Made by a program: the position numbers and the translations under genes
Source: Anaeromyxobacter sp.
GTDB lineage: Bacteria > Myxococcota > Myxococcia > Myxococcales > Anaeromyxobacteraceae
Assembly: GCA_049840735.1 (NCBI GenBank)
Contig: JASGJN010000023.1
Span: 64,001-128,000 of the forward strand
DNA length: 64,000 nt
Direction: 5' to 3'
Notes under the pieces: generated by a model
Database searches by the model: none
The model's input: only the letters and a program-made list of their open reading frames with translations
Told to the model about the DNA's origin: nothing
Shown: positions 10,516-20,856 of the stretch, in pieces
Layout: each line of letters opens with the position of its first letter
How positions within the stretch are numbered: position 1 is the stretch's first letter

Positions 10516-11415
10516 ATGCACGTCTTCCTCACCGGCGCGACCGGCCTCATCGGCCAGGCGGCCGCCCGCGCGCTGCTGGGCCGCGGCGACGTGGTCACCG
10601 CGCTCTCCCGCTCCCCCTCGGCGCCGCGCACGCTCCCGCCCGGCGTGCGGATCCTCCAGGGCGATCCGGCCGTGGCCGGCCCCTGGGAGGAGGAGCTGGC
10701 GCGCTGCGACGCCTGCGTGCACCTGGCCGGCGAGCCGGTGGCGGAGGGGCGCTGGACCGCGGAGAAGAAGCTGCGCATCCGCGAGAGCCGGGTCCGCTCC
10801 ACCGAGCGGGTGGCGGCGGTGATCGCCGCCGGCGGCCCCGCGGTGCTGGTCTCGGGCAGCGCGGTGGGGTTCTACGGCTCGCGCGGCGACGAGGTGCTGG
10901 ACGAGGCCGCCGCGCCGGGCGACGGGTTCCTGTCCGAGGTCTGCCAGGCCTGGGAGGCCGCCGCCGCGCCGGCCCGGGTCCAGGCCCGCGTGGTCTTCCT
11001 GCGCACCGGCATCGTGCTCTCGCGCCACGGCGGCGCGCTGCCCGAGCTGGTCCGGCCGTTCAAGCTGTTCGCCGGCGGGCCGCTGGGGCGCGGGCTGTTC
11101 TGGCAGCCCTGGATCCACCTGGCCGACGAGCTGGGGCTCTTGCTCTTCGCGCTGGACGAGGCGCGGGTGGAGGGGCCGCTCAACGCCGCCGCCCCGGAGC
11201 CGGCGCTGAACCGCGACCTGGCCGCCGCGCTGGGGCGCGTGCTCCATCGCCCGGCGCTGCTCGCCGCGCCCGCCGCGGCGGTGAAGCTCCTGGCCGGCGA
11301 GCTGGCGTCGGTGGTGCTGGCCAGCCAGCGGGTGGTGCCGCGGAAGGCGCTGGAGCTGGGGTACCGGTTCAAGTTCCCGGCGCTGGAGCCGGCGCTGCGG
11401 GAGCTGCTGGGGTAG
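10516..11415 (+). CDS. TIGR01777/YfcH-like NAD(P)-dependent epimerase family protein
   Basis: TGATGLIG, HLAGEP, RWT.EKK..I..SRV.ST, SAVGFYG, PWIHL.D, SQRVVP. Confidence 0.9.
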   Translation: MHVFLTGATGLIGQAAARALLGRGDVVTALSRSPSAPRTLPPGVRILQGDPAVAGPWEEELARCDACVHLAGEPVAEGRWTAEKKLRIRESRVRSTERVAAVIAAGGPAVLVSGSAVGFYGSRGDEVLDEAAAPGDGFLSEVCQAWEAAAAPARVQARVVFLRTGIVLSRHGGALPELVRPFKLFAGGPLGRGLFWQPWIHLADELGLLLFALDEARVEGPLNAAAPEPALNRDLAAALGRVLHRPALLAAPAAAVKLLAGELASVVLASQRVVPRKALELGYRFKFPALEPALRELLG

Positions 11416-11427
11416 GCGGCCCACAGC

Positions 11428-11545
11428 CCTGGGCTTCGACTCCGCGAGCCCTGCGGGCTCGCTACGCTCAGCCCGAACGGGATCGAAAGGCCCGTTCGCC
11501 CTGAGCGTAGCCGCGGCGAAGCCGCGGCGGAGTCGAAGGGCAGGG
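11428..11545. repeat. REP doublet (REPIN-like)
   Basis: Two inverted units with a short spacer, directly after the stop of the preceding gene. Confidence 0.85.
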
Positions 11546-11594
11546 ACGCTTCCGCTGTTGCCCGTCCCCCGCCGTGCCATTACCCTCCCGCGCC

Positions 11595-12624
11595 ATGTCC
11601 CGCCCCATCTCGCTCGCCGTGCTCGGCGCCACCGGCCTGGCCGGCCGCGCCGTCCTCGAGGTCCTGGCCCAATCCGAGCTCGAATCCCAGCGAGCTGCGC
11701 CTGCTGGCCTCGTCCCGCTCCGCCGGCACCAAGGTGGAGGTGGACGGCGAGGAGCTGCCGGTGGCGGCGGTGGGGGAGGGGGCCTTCCGCGGCGCGGACG
11801 TGGCCATCTTCTGCGCGCCGCCCGAGGTGGCCCGCGCCTGGGCGCCCAAGGCCCGCGCCGAGGGCTGCCGCGTCATCGACGCCTCGATGGCCTTCCGCGA
11901 GGACGAGCACGTGCCGCTGGTGGTGCCGGCGCTCAACGGCGCCGCGCTGGACGCCGGCGCCTCGCTGGTGGCGCTGCCGGCCGGCGCGGTGGCGGCGGTG
12001 GCCACGGCCCTGGCGCCGCTCCACGCCGCCGCCGCCGTGGAGCGGGTGGCGGTCACCACGCTCGAGCCGGTGGCCTCCGCCGGCCGCGCCGCCGTGGATC
12101 AGCTGGAGCGCGAGGTGGCCGACCTCATGAACGGGCGCGAGCCGGAGACCGGCGCCGCGCTGCCGCACCGGCTGGCCTTCAACGTGGTGCCGCAGGTGGG
12201 CACGTTCGGTCCGGACGGCCGGACCGCCGCCGAGGGCGCGCTGCCCGGCGAGCTGCGCCGGGTGCTGGGCGCGCCGGGCCTGGCCGCCTCGGCCACGGCC
12301 GTGCGCGTGCCGGTCTTCTACGGGCTGACGGCGGTGATCGGGGTCACCCTGGCCCGGCCGCTGGCGCCCGACGAGGCGCGGACGCTCTTGCGCGCCGCGC
12401 CGGGCGTGAAGGTCCTGGACGCGCCGGGGGACGGCATCTACCCCATGCCCATGCTCACCGTGAACGACGACGCCGTGCTGGTGGGGCGCGTGCGGGCCGA
12501 TCCATCCCACCCGCGCGGCCTGGAGCTGGTGCTGGTCACCGACGAGCTGCGCCAGGGCGTGGCGGTCAACGCGGTCCGGGTGGCCGAGCGGCTCTCGGAG
12601 CTGCCGGCGCTGGTGCGCGCCTGA
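11595..12624 (+). CDS. asd: Aspartate-semialdehyde dehydrogenase family protein (+1 frameshift near 11683)
   Basis: AVLGATGLAG, LLASSRSAG, VIDASMAFR, AFNVVPQV, ATAVRVPVFYG, VGRVRAD; the usual NPNC catalytic Cys motif is not visible, so possibly a non-catalytic Usg-like paralogue. Confidence 0.75.
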
Positions 12625-12804
12625 GCGGTTGATCCCGCCGCGGGCGCCCTGCCAAATTGTCAGCGGGCGCGAGCCGGCCGGCGCGCGCCTTGCCAAAATG
12701 GCGCCCCGGGGCGTCTGGCGACCCGCCAGGTCCGCGCAAGCTCCCGTCCTCCCTCGCGTCCGCATGCTTGCCAGGGTGGCGCTCCGATTGCAGAATCCGC
12801 CCAC

Positions 12805-13719
12805 ATGCGACGCGCCCTTCTCTCCGCCCTCCTCGCCGTCCCCGGCCTCGCGCTCGGGCAGTCGGTGCCGGCCACCGCCGGCGTGCTCGACACGCTGCCG
12901 GAGTTCATCAACATCGAGGCCTGCAACAGCTCCTCGGAGACCATCGGGGCGAGTTGGAAGATCGTCCCAACGGTCACCTTCGCGACGGACGGGACGTACC
13001 GGATCTACGCCTCGAACAAGGCCCCGCCGAGCAGCGGTGACAACGCCCACTTCTGCCCCGAGTCGGACAACACGAACGAGGGCACCTTCGCCCGGCAGAT
13101 CGGGCAGTCGTTCGATGCGCCCCAGGTCAGCTACAGCCAGCGCCAGCTCAAGGCGCAGGACCTGATGGTCGCCGCCGGCCTGTCCACGGCCTGCACCCAG
13201 ACCAGCGACGTGGTCATCAACGTCTGCGCCCACTGGTACACCTCGGCCAACAGCCGCGGTGGCTATGCCAGCGGCACCGTCACGCTCCAGCTCACGCGGC
13301 CGGCCACGCCGGTCATCAACTCGGTGACCGGCGGCAATCACAAGCTCCACGTCAGCCTGTCCGCCGGCCCCTCGGGCGCCGCCGAGACCACCAAGTACCG
13401 CGTGACCGTCGCGCCGGTGAACCCAGCGGACGACACCGCCACCCACGGCGCCGTCGAGTCCACCTCGCCGGTGGTGGTCAGTGGCCTCCTCAACGACGTG
13501 CAGTACACCGTCACCGCCTACGCGCTGAGCGTGGCCGCCAACCCCAGCGAGGCCGCCGCCACCGGGACCGGCACCCCCGTCCCCGTGGACGACTTCTGGG
13601 ACCACTACGGCAACGCAGGCGGGGCCGAGCAGGGTGGCTGCAGCGCCGGCTCCGGCGGCCTGCTGGCCCTGCTGGCGCCGCTCGCGGCGCTGATCCTGCT
13701 CCGCCGGAGGAACGCGTGA
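12805..13719 (+). CDS. Fibronectin-III-like surface protein with MYXO-CTERM anchor (MXAN_2561-family-like)
   Basis: Signal peptide; FN3-like VSGLLNDVQYTVTAYA; C-terminal GGCSAG-hydrophobic helix-RRR. Confidence 0.8.
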   Translation: MRRALLSALLAVPGLALGQSVPATAGVLDTLPEFINIEACNSSSETIGASWKIVPTVTFATDGTYRIYASNKAPPSSGDNAHFCPESDNTNEGTFARQIGQSFDAPQVSYSQRQLKAQDLMVAAGLSTACTQTSDVVINVCAHWYTSANSRGGYASGTVTLQLTRPATPVINSVTGGNHKLHVSLSAGPSGAAETTKYRVTVAPVNPADDTATHGAVESTSPVVVSGLLNDVQYTVTAYALSVAANPSEAAATGTGTPVPVDDFWDHYGNAGGAEQGGCSAGSGGLLALLAPLAALILLRRRNA

Positions 13720-14438
13720 AGCACCTGACCCTGGCCGCGCTCGTCGCGGCGCTGCTCCTCCCCGCCGCCGCCCTCGCGCAGTCCACGCACGGCGAGGCCG
13801 GCACCTACGCCTCGCCCAAGGCCGGCTCCTTCGAGCTGGGCATGGGCAAGTACCTGCCCGCCATCGACTCCGAGTTCAACGGCAGCGCGCAGCCGTACCG
13901 GGACGTCTTCGGGACCGACGGCGGCTGGGCCTTCCGCGCCGCCGTCTCCTGGGCCGTCCACGCCAGCCGGATCGGCGTGGCCGAGGTGGGCGTGAAGAGC
14001 GGCTTCTTCCGCGACAGCGGCTACGGCCTGGACCAGTCCGGCAACCCCACCGGCGACAAGACGACGTTCAACGTCGTGCCCACCAGCCTCATCGCCACCT
14101 ACCGCTTCGACGGCGTGCCCGAGCGGCTCCACGTGCCGCTGGCGCCGTACCTGCGCTTCGGGCTGGAGCGCTACAACTGGTGGGTCACCGATGGTGACAA
14201 CAACTGGTCCAAGGAAGGCGCCACCAACGGCTGGTCCGGGACGCTCGGCCTGGCGCTGCTGCTGGACTGGTTCGACCAGCAGTCCGCGCGCGACCTGGAC
14301 CGCGAGGCCGGCATCAACCACACCTACCTGTTCGCCGACTGGTCGTTCGGGAAGGTGGACGACTTCGGCTCCAGCAAGAGCTGGGACCTGACGAACGACA
14401 AGGGCGCGTTCCAGTTCGGGTTGATGCTGGCGTTCTGA
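13716..14438 (+). CDS. Outer-membrane beta-barrel protein (MXAN_2562-family-like)
   Basis: Signal peptide, amphipathic aromatic beta-strands, C-terminal Phe (FGLMLAF); GTGA overlap with the upstream gene. Confidence 0.8.
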   Translation: MKHLTLAALVAALLLPAAALAQSTHGEAGTYASPKAGSFELGMGKYLPAIDSEFNGSAQPYRDVFGTDGGWAFRAAVSWAVHASRIGVAEVGVKSGFFRDSGYGLDQSGNPTGDKTTFNVVPTSLIATYRFDGVPERLHVPLAPYLRFGLERYNWWVTDGDNNWSKEGATNGWSGTLGLALLLDWFDQQSARDLDREAGINHTYLFADWSFGKVDDFGSSKSWDLTNDKGAFQFGLMLAF

Positions 14439-14444
14439 GGCTGT

Positions 14445-14665
14445 CCTTCGACTTCGCGCCCGCTGCGCGGGCGCTACGCTCAGGACGAACGGGGCCGGAA
14501 CCCCATTCGCCCTTGAGCGTGGCCGCTGCAACGCCGCGGCTGGGCGAGGCCCGCAAGTACGTGCCGGCCCGCCGCATGGTCGAAGGGCTCATGGAGCGCC
14601 GAACGGGTTCACTGTCCGTTCGGCCTGAGCCCTTCGGCAAGCTCAGGGCAGGCGGAGTCGAAGGC
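14445..14665. repeat. Composite REP cluster (three units, two with variant interiors)
   Basis: Unit 14446-14492; inverted unit with expanded interior ~14503-14586; inverted unit 14616-14663; lies between convergent genes. Confidence 0.8.
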
Positions 14666-14688
14666 CAGGGACTCGCTCCGCCCCTCGC

Positions 14689-15501
<813 letters not shown>

Positions 15502-15678
15502 GCCCTACGTTTACCGCGGCGCGCCCGGCCGCGCGGCAGGGGATCGCCGGGCAATCCCCCTGAGGCCGATTGCCCTTGGGACGCTGTGTCCCAGGTTGCT
15601 GATCCCCCACCCAAGCGGGCGAAACGCCCCTCGATCGCGGGCTCGACGGCGGGTCGCTCCCGATGGACATTCGAGCCG

Positions 15679-16317
15679 ATGCAGCTCTTCTACACGACCT
15701 TCGAGGCGGCCAAGATCCTCGGCGTCTCGCTCCCCACGGTGGTCAACTGGATCAAGGCCCGGCGCATCAAGGCGCACCGGACGCCGGGCGGCCACCGCCG
15801 CATCAGCCGCGAGGACCTCGCGACCTTCATGCACCGGCAGGGCATGCCGGTGCCGCCGGAGCTGACCGGCGCCGCCCCCGCCCGGCACAAGGTGCTGGTG
15901 GTGGGCGAGCCCGGTCCCGCGCGGGAGGGGACCGCGCGCCAGCTGGCCTCCTCCGGCTTCGCCGTCGAGCAGTCCTCGCCCGGCTTCGCGGCCGGGGCCG
16001 CCGCCGCCCGCTACGAGCCGGACGTGGTGCTACTGCACGCGCCGGGGCCGGACGGCGGCGACGTGCTGCGCGGGTTCCGCAGCGACCGCGAGCTCAACGG
16101 CGTGCCGGTGGTGGCCATCGGCGCCGCCGAGTGGATGGAGGACCTGGTGCACGCGGGCTGCGCCGAGGCGCTGCCCCGGCCCCCGGCGGAGGGGCAGCTT
16201 CCGGAGGCGATCACGCGGGCCGTCACGGCCGCGGAGGGGCGCAAGCGCAAGGCCCGTCCCGCGGCGGCGGCCGGCTCCACCCGCAGGCGCAGGGCCACCC
16301 ACACCTCGCCGGAGTAG
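15679..16317 (+). CDS. Excisionase-like HTH fused to a degenerate receiver domain
   Basis: YTTFEAAKILGVSLPTVVNW..RTPGGHRRI; C-terminal receiver-like fold lacking acidic residues (VLVVGE, VVLLH). Confidence 0.8.
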   Translation: MQLFYTTFEAAKILGVSLPTVVNWIKARRIKAHRTPGGHRRISREDLATFMHRQGMPVPPELTGAAPARHKVLVVGEPGPAREGTARQLASSGFAVEQSSPGFAAGAAAARYEPDVVLLHAPGPDGGDVLRGFRSDRELNGVPVVAIGAAEWMEDLVHAGCAEALPRPPAEGQLPEAITRAVTAAEGRKRKARPAAAAGSTRRRRATHTSPE

Positions 16318-16385
16318 CGCCCGCCGTGCGGGCGGACCAGCAGGCGCAGCCCTGCTAGACTCTGCGAGGAGGCTCCTCGGCGCAC

Positions 16386-17990
16386 ATGTGCCGCGCCCGC
16401 TCGCTCGCGCTCGCCCTGGCGACCCTGGCCCTGACGCCAGGGCCTGCCCGCGGCGCGACCGGCGCGCCGGCGGTGCACGTGGACCCCGAGGCCATGGCCG
16501 AGGCTCGCCGCGGCGGGCCCGAGGCGGGCCAGGCGCGGGCCATGGCGGCCTACCTCGAGGCGCGCGCCTGCGAGCGCGAAGGGGACGCGCGCGGCGCGGC
16601 CACGGCGCTGCAGGAGGCCGTCACCTTCGACCCCGCCAGCGCCGAGCTGCGCGCCGCGCTGGCCCGCGCGCTGGGGCGGCTGGGGCGGCACGACCAGGCC
16701 GCGGCGCAGGCGCAGGCGGCGCTGGAGCGGCAGCCGGCCCGGGCCGTGGCGGCGCAGGCGCGGGTGGCGCTGGCGCGCGCGGCCATCGCCCGCGGCGACG
16801 CCGAGGCGGCCACCGCCGAGCTGCGGCTGGCGGCGCAGCTCGCGGCCGGGGCCGCGGCGCCGGGCGAGCGGGTCGAGCCCGAGCCGTGGCGGCTGCTGGC
16901 GCTCATCCACCTGGGCGCGGGCGAGGACGCCGCCGCGCTGCGCACGCTGGAGGACCTGCTGGCCCGCGCCCCGCAGGCCACCGGCGAGGTGCGCGAGGTG
17001 GGACGGCGGCTGCTGGAGGCGGGGGAGCTGGGGCGCGCCGAGGCGTTCCTGCGCCGCGCCACGCAGGCCGCGCCGGAGGACCCCGAGGGCTGGCGGCTGC
17101 TGGCGGCGCTGCACGAGCGGACCGGGCGCGAGCAGGAGGCGGCCGCCGATCTCGAGAAGCTGCTGCGCGCCTGGCCGGAGGACGCCGGGGCGCTGCGCGC
17201 GATGGGAGGGCTGGCGCTGCGGGCGGGCCAGGTGGAGGCGGCCCGCGGCTGGCTGGGGCGCTACGTCGAGGCCGCCCCTTCGCGCCCGGCCGCCGCGCTG
17301 GAGGTGGTGCGGCTCTGGCTGGGCGCCGGCCGCGCCGGCGAGGCGCTGGCGCTGGCCCGCGCGGCCAGCGCCGCCGAGGGCGCGCCGGACCCGGCGCTGC
17401 AGCTGGCCGAGGGGCTGGCGCTGCAGGGGCTGGGGCGCCACACCGAGGCGGCGCGGGTGCTGGCCGCCGTGCCGCCCGGCAGCCCCGCCTGGCCGGCCGC
17501 GCGCCAGGCCCAGGTGGACGCGCTCTCGCGGGCCGGGCGCCACGGCGAGGCCACCCGCGCCGCCGCCGAGGGGCTGCGCCGGCAGCCCGGCCACGTCGGG
17601 CTGCTGCTGGTGCAGGCGGAGGCGCTGGAGCGGGCCGGCCGCGGGATCGAGGCGGCGGCAGGGCTGGGGCGCGCCGCCACCGCGCTGGAGGCCAGCGCCG
17701 ACGTCGAGGGGGCGGTGGCGCTCCAGGCCGCGCGCGGCCGGCTGCTCTGCCGGGCCGGCCGGCCTCACCAGGCGGTGAGCGCGCTCCGCTCCGCCGCGGC
17801 GCTCCACCCGGACGCGCCGCCGCTGCTGCTGGGCCTGGCCGAGGCGCTGGAGCAGGTGGGCGAGCTCGAGGCGGCCCGGGCCGAGCTGCGGGCCCTGCTG
17901 GCGCTCCAGCCCGAGCACGCCGAGGCGCAGGCGCGGCTGCGGGCCTCCCTGGAGCGGCAACCGCGGGCCGCAGCCCCCCGGGTTCCTTGA
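16386..17990 (+). CDS. Tetratricopeptide repeat protein, exported
   Basis: Signal peptide and repeated Ala/Leu-rich TPR helices (e.g. APEDPEGWRLLA, HPDAPPLLLGLA). Confidence 0.75.
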   Translation: MCRARSLALALATLALTPGPARGATGAPAVHVDPEAMAEARRGGPEAGQARAMAAYLEARACEREGDARGAATALQEAVTFDPASAELRAALARALGRLGRHDQAAAQAQAALERQPARAVAAQARVALARAAIARGDAEAATAELRLAAQLAAGAAAPGERVEPEPWRLLALIHLGAGEDAAALRTLEDLLARAPQATGEVREVGRRLLEAGELGRAEAFLRRATQAAPEDPEGWRLLAALHERTGREQEAAADLEKLLRAWPEDAGALRAMGGLALRAGQVEAARGWLGRYVEAAPSRPAAALEVVRLWLGAGRAGEALALARAASAAEGAPDPALQLAEGLALQGLGRHTEAARVLAAVPPGSPAWPAARQAQVDALSRAGRHGEATRAAAEGLRRQPGHVGLLLVQAEALERAGRGIEAAAGLGRAATALEASADVEGAVALQAARGRLLCRAGRPHQAVSALRSAAALHPDAPPLLLGLAEALEQVGELEAARAELRALLALQPEHAEAQARLRASLERQPRAAAPRVP

Positions 17991-18015
17991 CGCCCCCTCC
18001 CACCGCCGGTACGGT
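17987..18015 (+). promoter_or_regulatory. sigma70-type promoter, likely leaderless transcript
   Basis: TTGACG(17987)-N17-TACGGT(18010-15)-N7-ATG(18023). Confidence 0.65.
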
Positions 18016-18022
18016 CCGGCCG

Positions 18023-18898
18023 ATGCCCGTCCCGTCGTTCCCGACCGAGGCCGAGGCGCGGCACGAGGAGGGGTTCCTCAACTCGGCCGACCATCTCCGG
18101 CTCTACTGGCAGCGCTTCACGCCGCCCAGCGCGCGCGCCACCGTGGCCGTGGTGCACGGCGGCGGCGACCACGGCGGCCGCTATCCCGGCATCACCCGGG
18201 CGCTGGTGCGGGGCGGCTTCCAGGTGGCGCTGGTGGACCTGCGCGGCCACGGCCAGTCCGACGGCCGGCGCTGGCACGTGGACGCCTTCTCCGACTACCT
18301 GGCCGACCTGGACGCCTTCGTGGCCAAGCTGTCGCAGGACGGGGTGGCCGGCGACCGGCTCTTCGTGGTGGCGCACAGCATGGGCGGCCTCATCGCCGGC
18401 ACCTGGGGGCTGACCCGCGTCGGCCGCCACGCCTCCGGGTTCGTGCTCTCCTCGCCCTATCTCGGGCTGGCCATGCGGCCCCCGGCGGCCAAGGTGCTGG
18501 CGGGCAAGATCCTGGGCAAGGCGCTGCCCTGGATGCCCATCAAGACCGGCCTGGACGTGCGGGACCTGACCTCCTGCCCCGAGCACCAGCGCTGGACCGA
18601 GCAGGACCCGCTCTACGGCCGCGCCACCACGCCACGCTGGTTCGACGAGGCCGGGAAGGCCCAGGCCGAGCTTTTACGGCGCGCAGGCGAATGGACCGCA
18701 CCCCTGCTGGTGCAGGTGGGCACCGCCGACACCATCGCCGACGCCGCGGCCGCGCGGGCCTTCGTCCAGACCGCCGGGGCGGAGGACAAGCAGGTCTCGG
18801 TGTACGAGGGCTTCCGACACGAGATCTACAACGAGCAGGACCGGGACCGTCCGATCGGGGACGCGGTTGCCTGGTTGTCCCACAGGTCTCCGACATGA
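18023..18898 (+). CDS. agmH: Lysophospholipase-like alpha/beta hydrolase (AgmH-like)
   Basis: VHGGGDH, DLRGHGQS, AHSMGG nucleophile, RHEIYNE; upstream of the bactofilin genes, as in Myxococcus. Confidence 0.75.
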   Translation: MPVPSFPTEAEARHEEGFLNSADHLRLYWQRFTPPSARATVAVVHGGGDHGGRYPGITRALVRGGFQVALVDLRGHGQSDGRRWHVDAFSDYLADLDAFVAKLSQDGVAGDRLFVVAHSMGGLIAGTWGLTRVGRHASGFVLSSPYLGLAMRPPAAKVLAGKILGKALPWMPIKTGLDVRDLTSCPEHQRWTEQDPLYGRATTPRWFDEAGKAQAELLRRAGEWTAPLLVQVGTADTIADAAAARAFVQTAGAEDKQVSVYEGFRHEIYNEQDRDRPIGDAVAWLSHRSPT

Positions 18899-18902
18899 GC
18901 CG

Positions 18903-18932
18903 TTGACGCCCCCCGGAGGGCCCTTCTATCCT
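18903..18932 (+). promoter_or_regulatory. sigma70-type promoter for the bactofilin genes
   Basis: TTGACG-N18-TATCCT. Confidence 0.55.
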
Positions 18933-18997
18933 GCCCGGGATTTCACTCCACGCGGCGTGTGGCAGCGGGGATTCTCAGAAGTCCCGGAGGACATGGA

Positions 18998-19366
18998 ATG
19001 GCTGGTATCGAGAAGGTCCCGGCGCCCCGCGCCGGTGCGCACACGGTGATCGGGAGTTCGATCGTCATCGACGGCGAGATCTCGGGTGACGAGGACCTGG
19101 TCATCCAGGGCACGGTCAAGGGTCGCATCAGCCTGCGGGAGAGCCTCTTCGTCGAGTCCTCCGGCGTGATCGAGGCCGACATCGAGACCGCGAACGTCGA
19201 GGTTTCCGGTCAGGTGACCGGCAACATCGCGGCGAGCGACAAGGTGGAGCTCAAGGCGGACTGCAAGGTTGTCGGCGACATTCGCGCGCCGCGCATCCTG
19301 ATCGCCGACGGCGCCCTCTTCAAGGGCAACGTGGACATGGACGTCAAGGATACGAAGGGGAAGTGA
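18998..19366 (+). CDS. bacO: Bactofilin (BacO-like)
   Basis: TVIGSSIVIDGEISGDEDLVIQGTVKG...IADGALFKGNVDM beta-helix repeats. Confidence 0.85.
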   Translation: MAGIEKVPAPRAGAHTVIGSSIVIDGEISGDEDLVIQGTVKGRISLRESLFVESSGVIEADIETANVEVSGQVTGNIAASDKVELKADCKVVGDIRAPRILIADGALFKGNVDMDVKDTKGK

Positions 19367-19369
19367 CCC

Positions 19370-19931
19370 GTGGCGACCTCTGACGGCAGCACCATCATCG
19401 GCGAATCGATCCTCATCAGCGGCTCCCTCAACGGCGACGAGGACCTCACGGTCCGCGGCCGCGTCGAGGGGACGCTCACCCTCACCAAGACCCTGGTGGT
19501 CGAGCCCACCGGCATCGTCAAGGCCGAGGTGCAGGTCAAGAACTGCGTCATCGCGGGCGCGGTGGTCGGCAACGTCACCGCCACCGAGTCGGTCGAGATC
19601 ACCAAGGAAGGCCGCATGGTGGGCGACATCAACGCCCCGCGGGTGATCATCGTCGACGGCGCCAGCTTCCGCGGCCGCATCGACATGGGCGAGGTGGACG
19701 TGGACCTGGAGCGGCCCGTCCGCCAGGTGGCCCGCGCCGCGCCGCCCCCGCAGGCCCGCCCGGTGGCCCGGCCCCCGGCCCGCCCGGTGATGCCGGCGCC
19801 GCGTCCGGAGCCGAAGAAGGAGGAGCGGGTCCCGGTCGCCGCCGCGGTCGGCGCCCCCAAGCCTCCGGCGCCCCCCGCGCCCGTCGCCATGGGCGCGGTG
19901 AAGCGCAAGGTGATTCGTGAAGCGCAAGTAG
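19370..19931 (+). CDS. bacP: Bactofilin with Pro-rich, basic C-tail (BacP-like); +1 frameshift near 19914
   Basis: Bactofilin domain plus Pro/Ala-rich tail; removing one base at 19912-17 gives a basic end KRKVI(V/L)KRK* with TAG at 19929-31. Confidence 0.85.
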
Positions 19932-20061
19932 TCACGCCTGCCGTGGCCCCCTCCGCCGTGGTGCACCACCGCGGAGGGCGGCTCCGACCGGCCAGGCCTG
20001 GCGTGCGCCAGGGGTGAGGCCGCTGGCCCGCCCCTGGCGACCAGCCGGGCGGGAAGGTGAG

Positions 20062-20856
20062 ATGGACCTGGAGCCGCGCACCACGGCGCCCGCGCACGCG
20101 ACGGGCGCCGTCGAGTTCGTGCCGCTTTCTGCGATCGCGCCCGACACCACCTTCCGGCTGCGCGAAGAGGGCGACGTGGCGGCGCTGGCCGGCTCGATGG
20201 GCCGGCTGGGCCAGCTGGTCCCGGTGGAGCTGCGCCCGCTGCCCGACGCCCCCGAGGGCGGTCCCCGCTGGCAGGTGGTGGCCGGCTTCCGGCGCATGGC
20301 CGCGCTCCGCATGCTGATGCGCGGCCGGGTGCTGGCGCGCCTGCACGGCTCGCTGGGCGACGAGGACGCCTGGGCCATCGCCCTGGCGCAGCCGCTCCTG
20401 GCCGAGCCGCTGGACGGCGAGGCGCTGGAGGCGCTCCGGGCGCGGCTGGCCGCGGAGAACCTGGCGCCCTGGGCCGACGAGCTGGTGGACGAGGCGCTGG
20501 TCCGGGCCCCGGTGCCGGCGGCCGTGCGCGAGCGGTTCTTCGCGTATCTGAAGCGCGAGCCGGCTGCGGCGGAGGCTGAGGAGGCGGAGGCCGCCGAGGC
20601 CGCGCCCGAGGAGCAGCCTGCGGAGGAGCCCGCGGCGGAGGAGCCGGGGGAGCCCGAGGAGGCCGGGGACGTCGAGATGACCCCGGAGGAGCTGGCGGAG
20701 GACCTCTCCGCGCGGCTCTATGAGGTGAACGCGGATCTGGCCGTGGCGGCCGACGCCTGGGCGGAGCTCCCGCCCGAGGGTCGCCGGGCCATCCTGGAGC
20801 AGCTGCGCTGGATCGCCGGGCTGGCGGCCTGGGCGGAATCGGAGGAAGAGGGATGA
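20062..20856 (+). CDS. padC: ParB-like domain protein (PadC-like)
   Basis: FRLREEGDVAALAGSMGRLGQLVPVELR..VVAGFRRMAAL (ParB/Srx motif); directly after the bactofilins. Confidence 0.75.
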   Translation: MDLEPRTTAPAHATGAVEFVPLSAIAPDTTFRLREEGDVAALAGSMGRLGQLVPVELRPLPDAPEGGPRWQVVAGFRRMAALRMLMRGRVLARLHGSLGDEDAWAIALAQPLLAEPLDGEALEALRARLAAENLAPWADELVDEALVRAPVPAAVRERFFAYLKREPAAAEAEEAEAAEAAPEEQPAEEPAAEEPGEPEEAGDVEMTPEELAEDLSARLYEVNADLAVAADAWAELPPEGRRAILEQLRWIAGLAAWAESEEEG

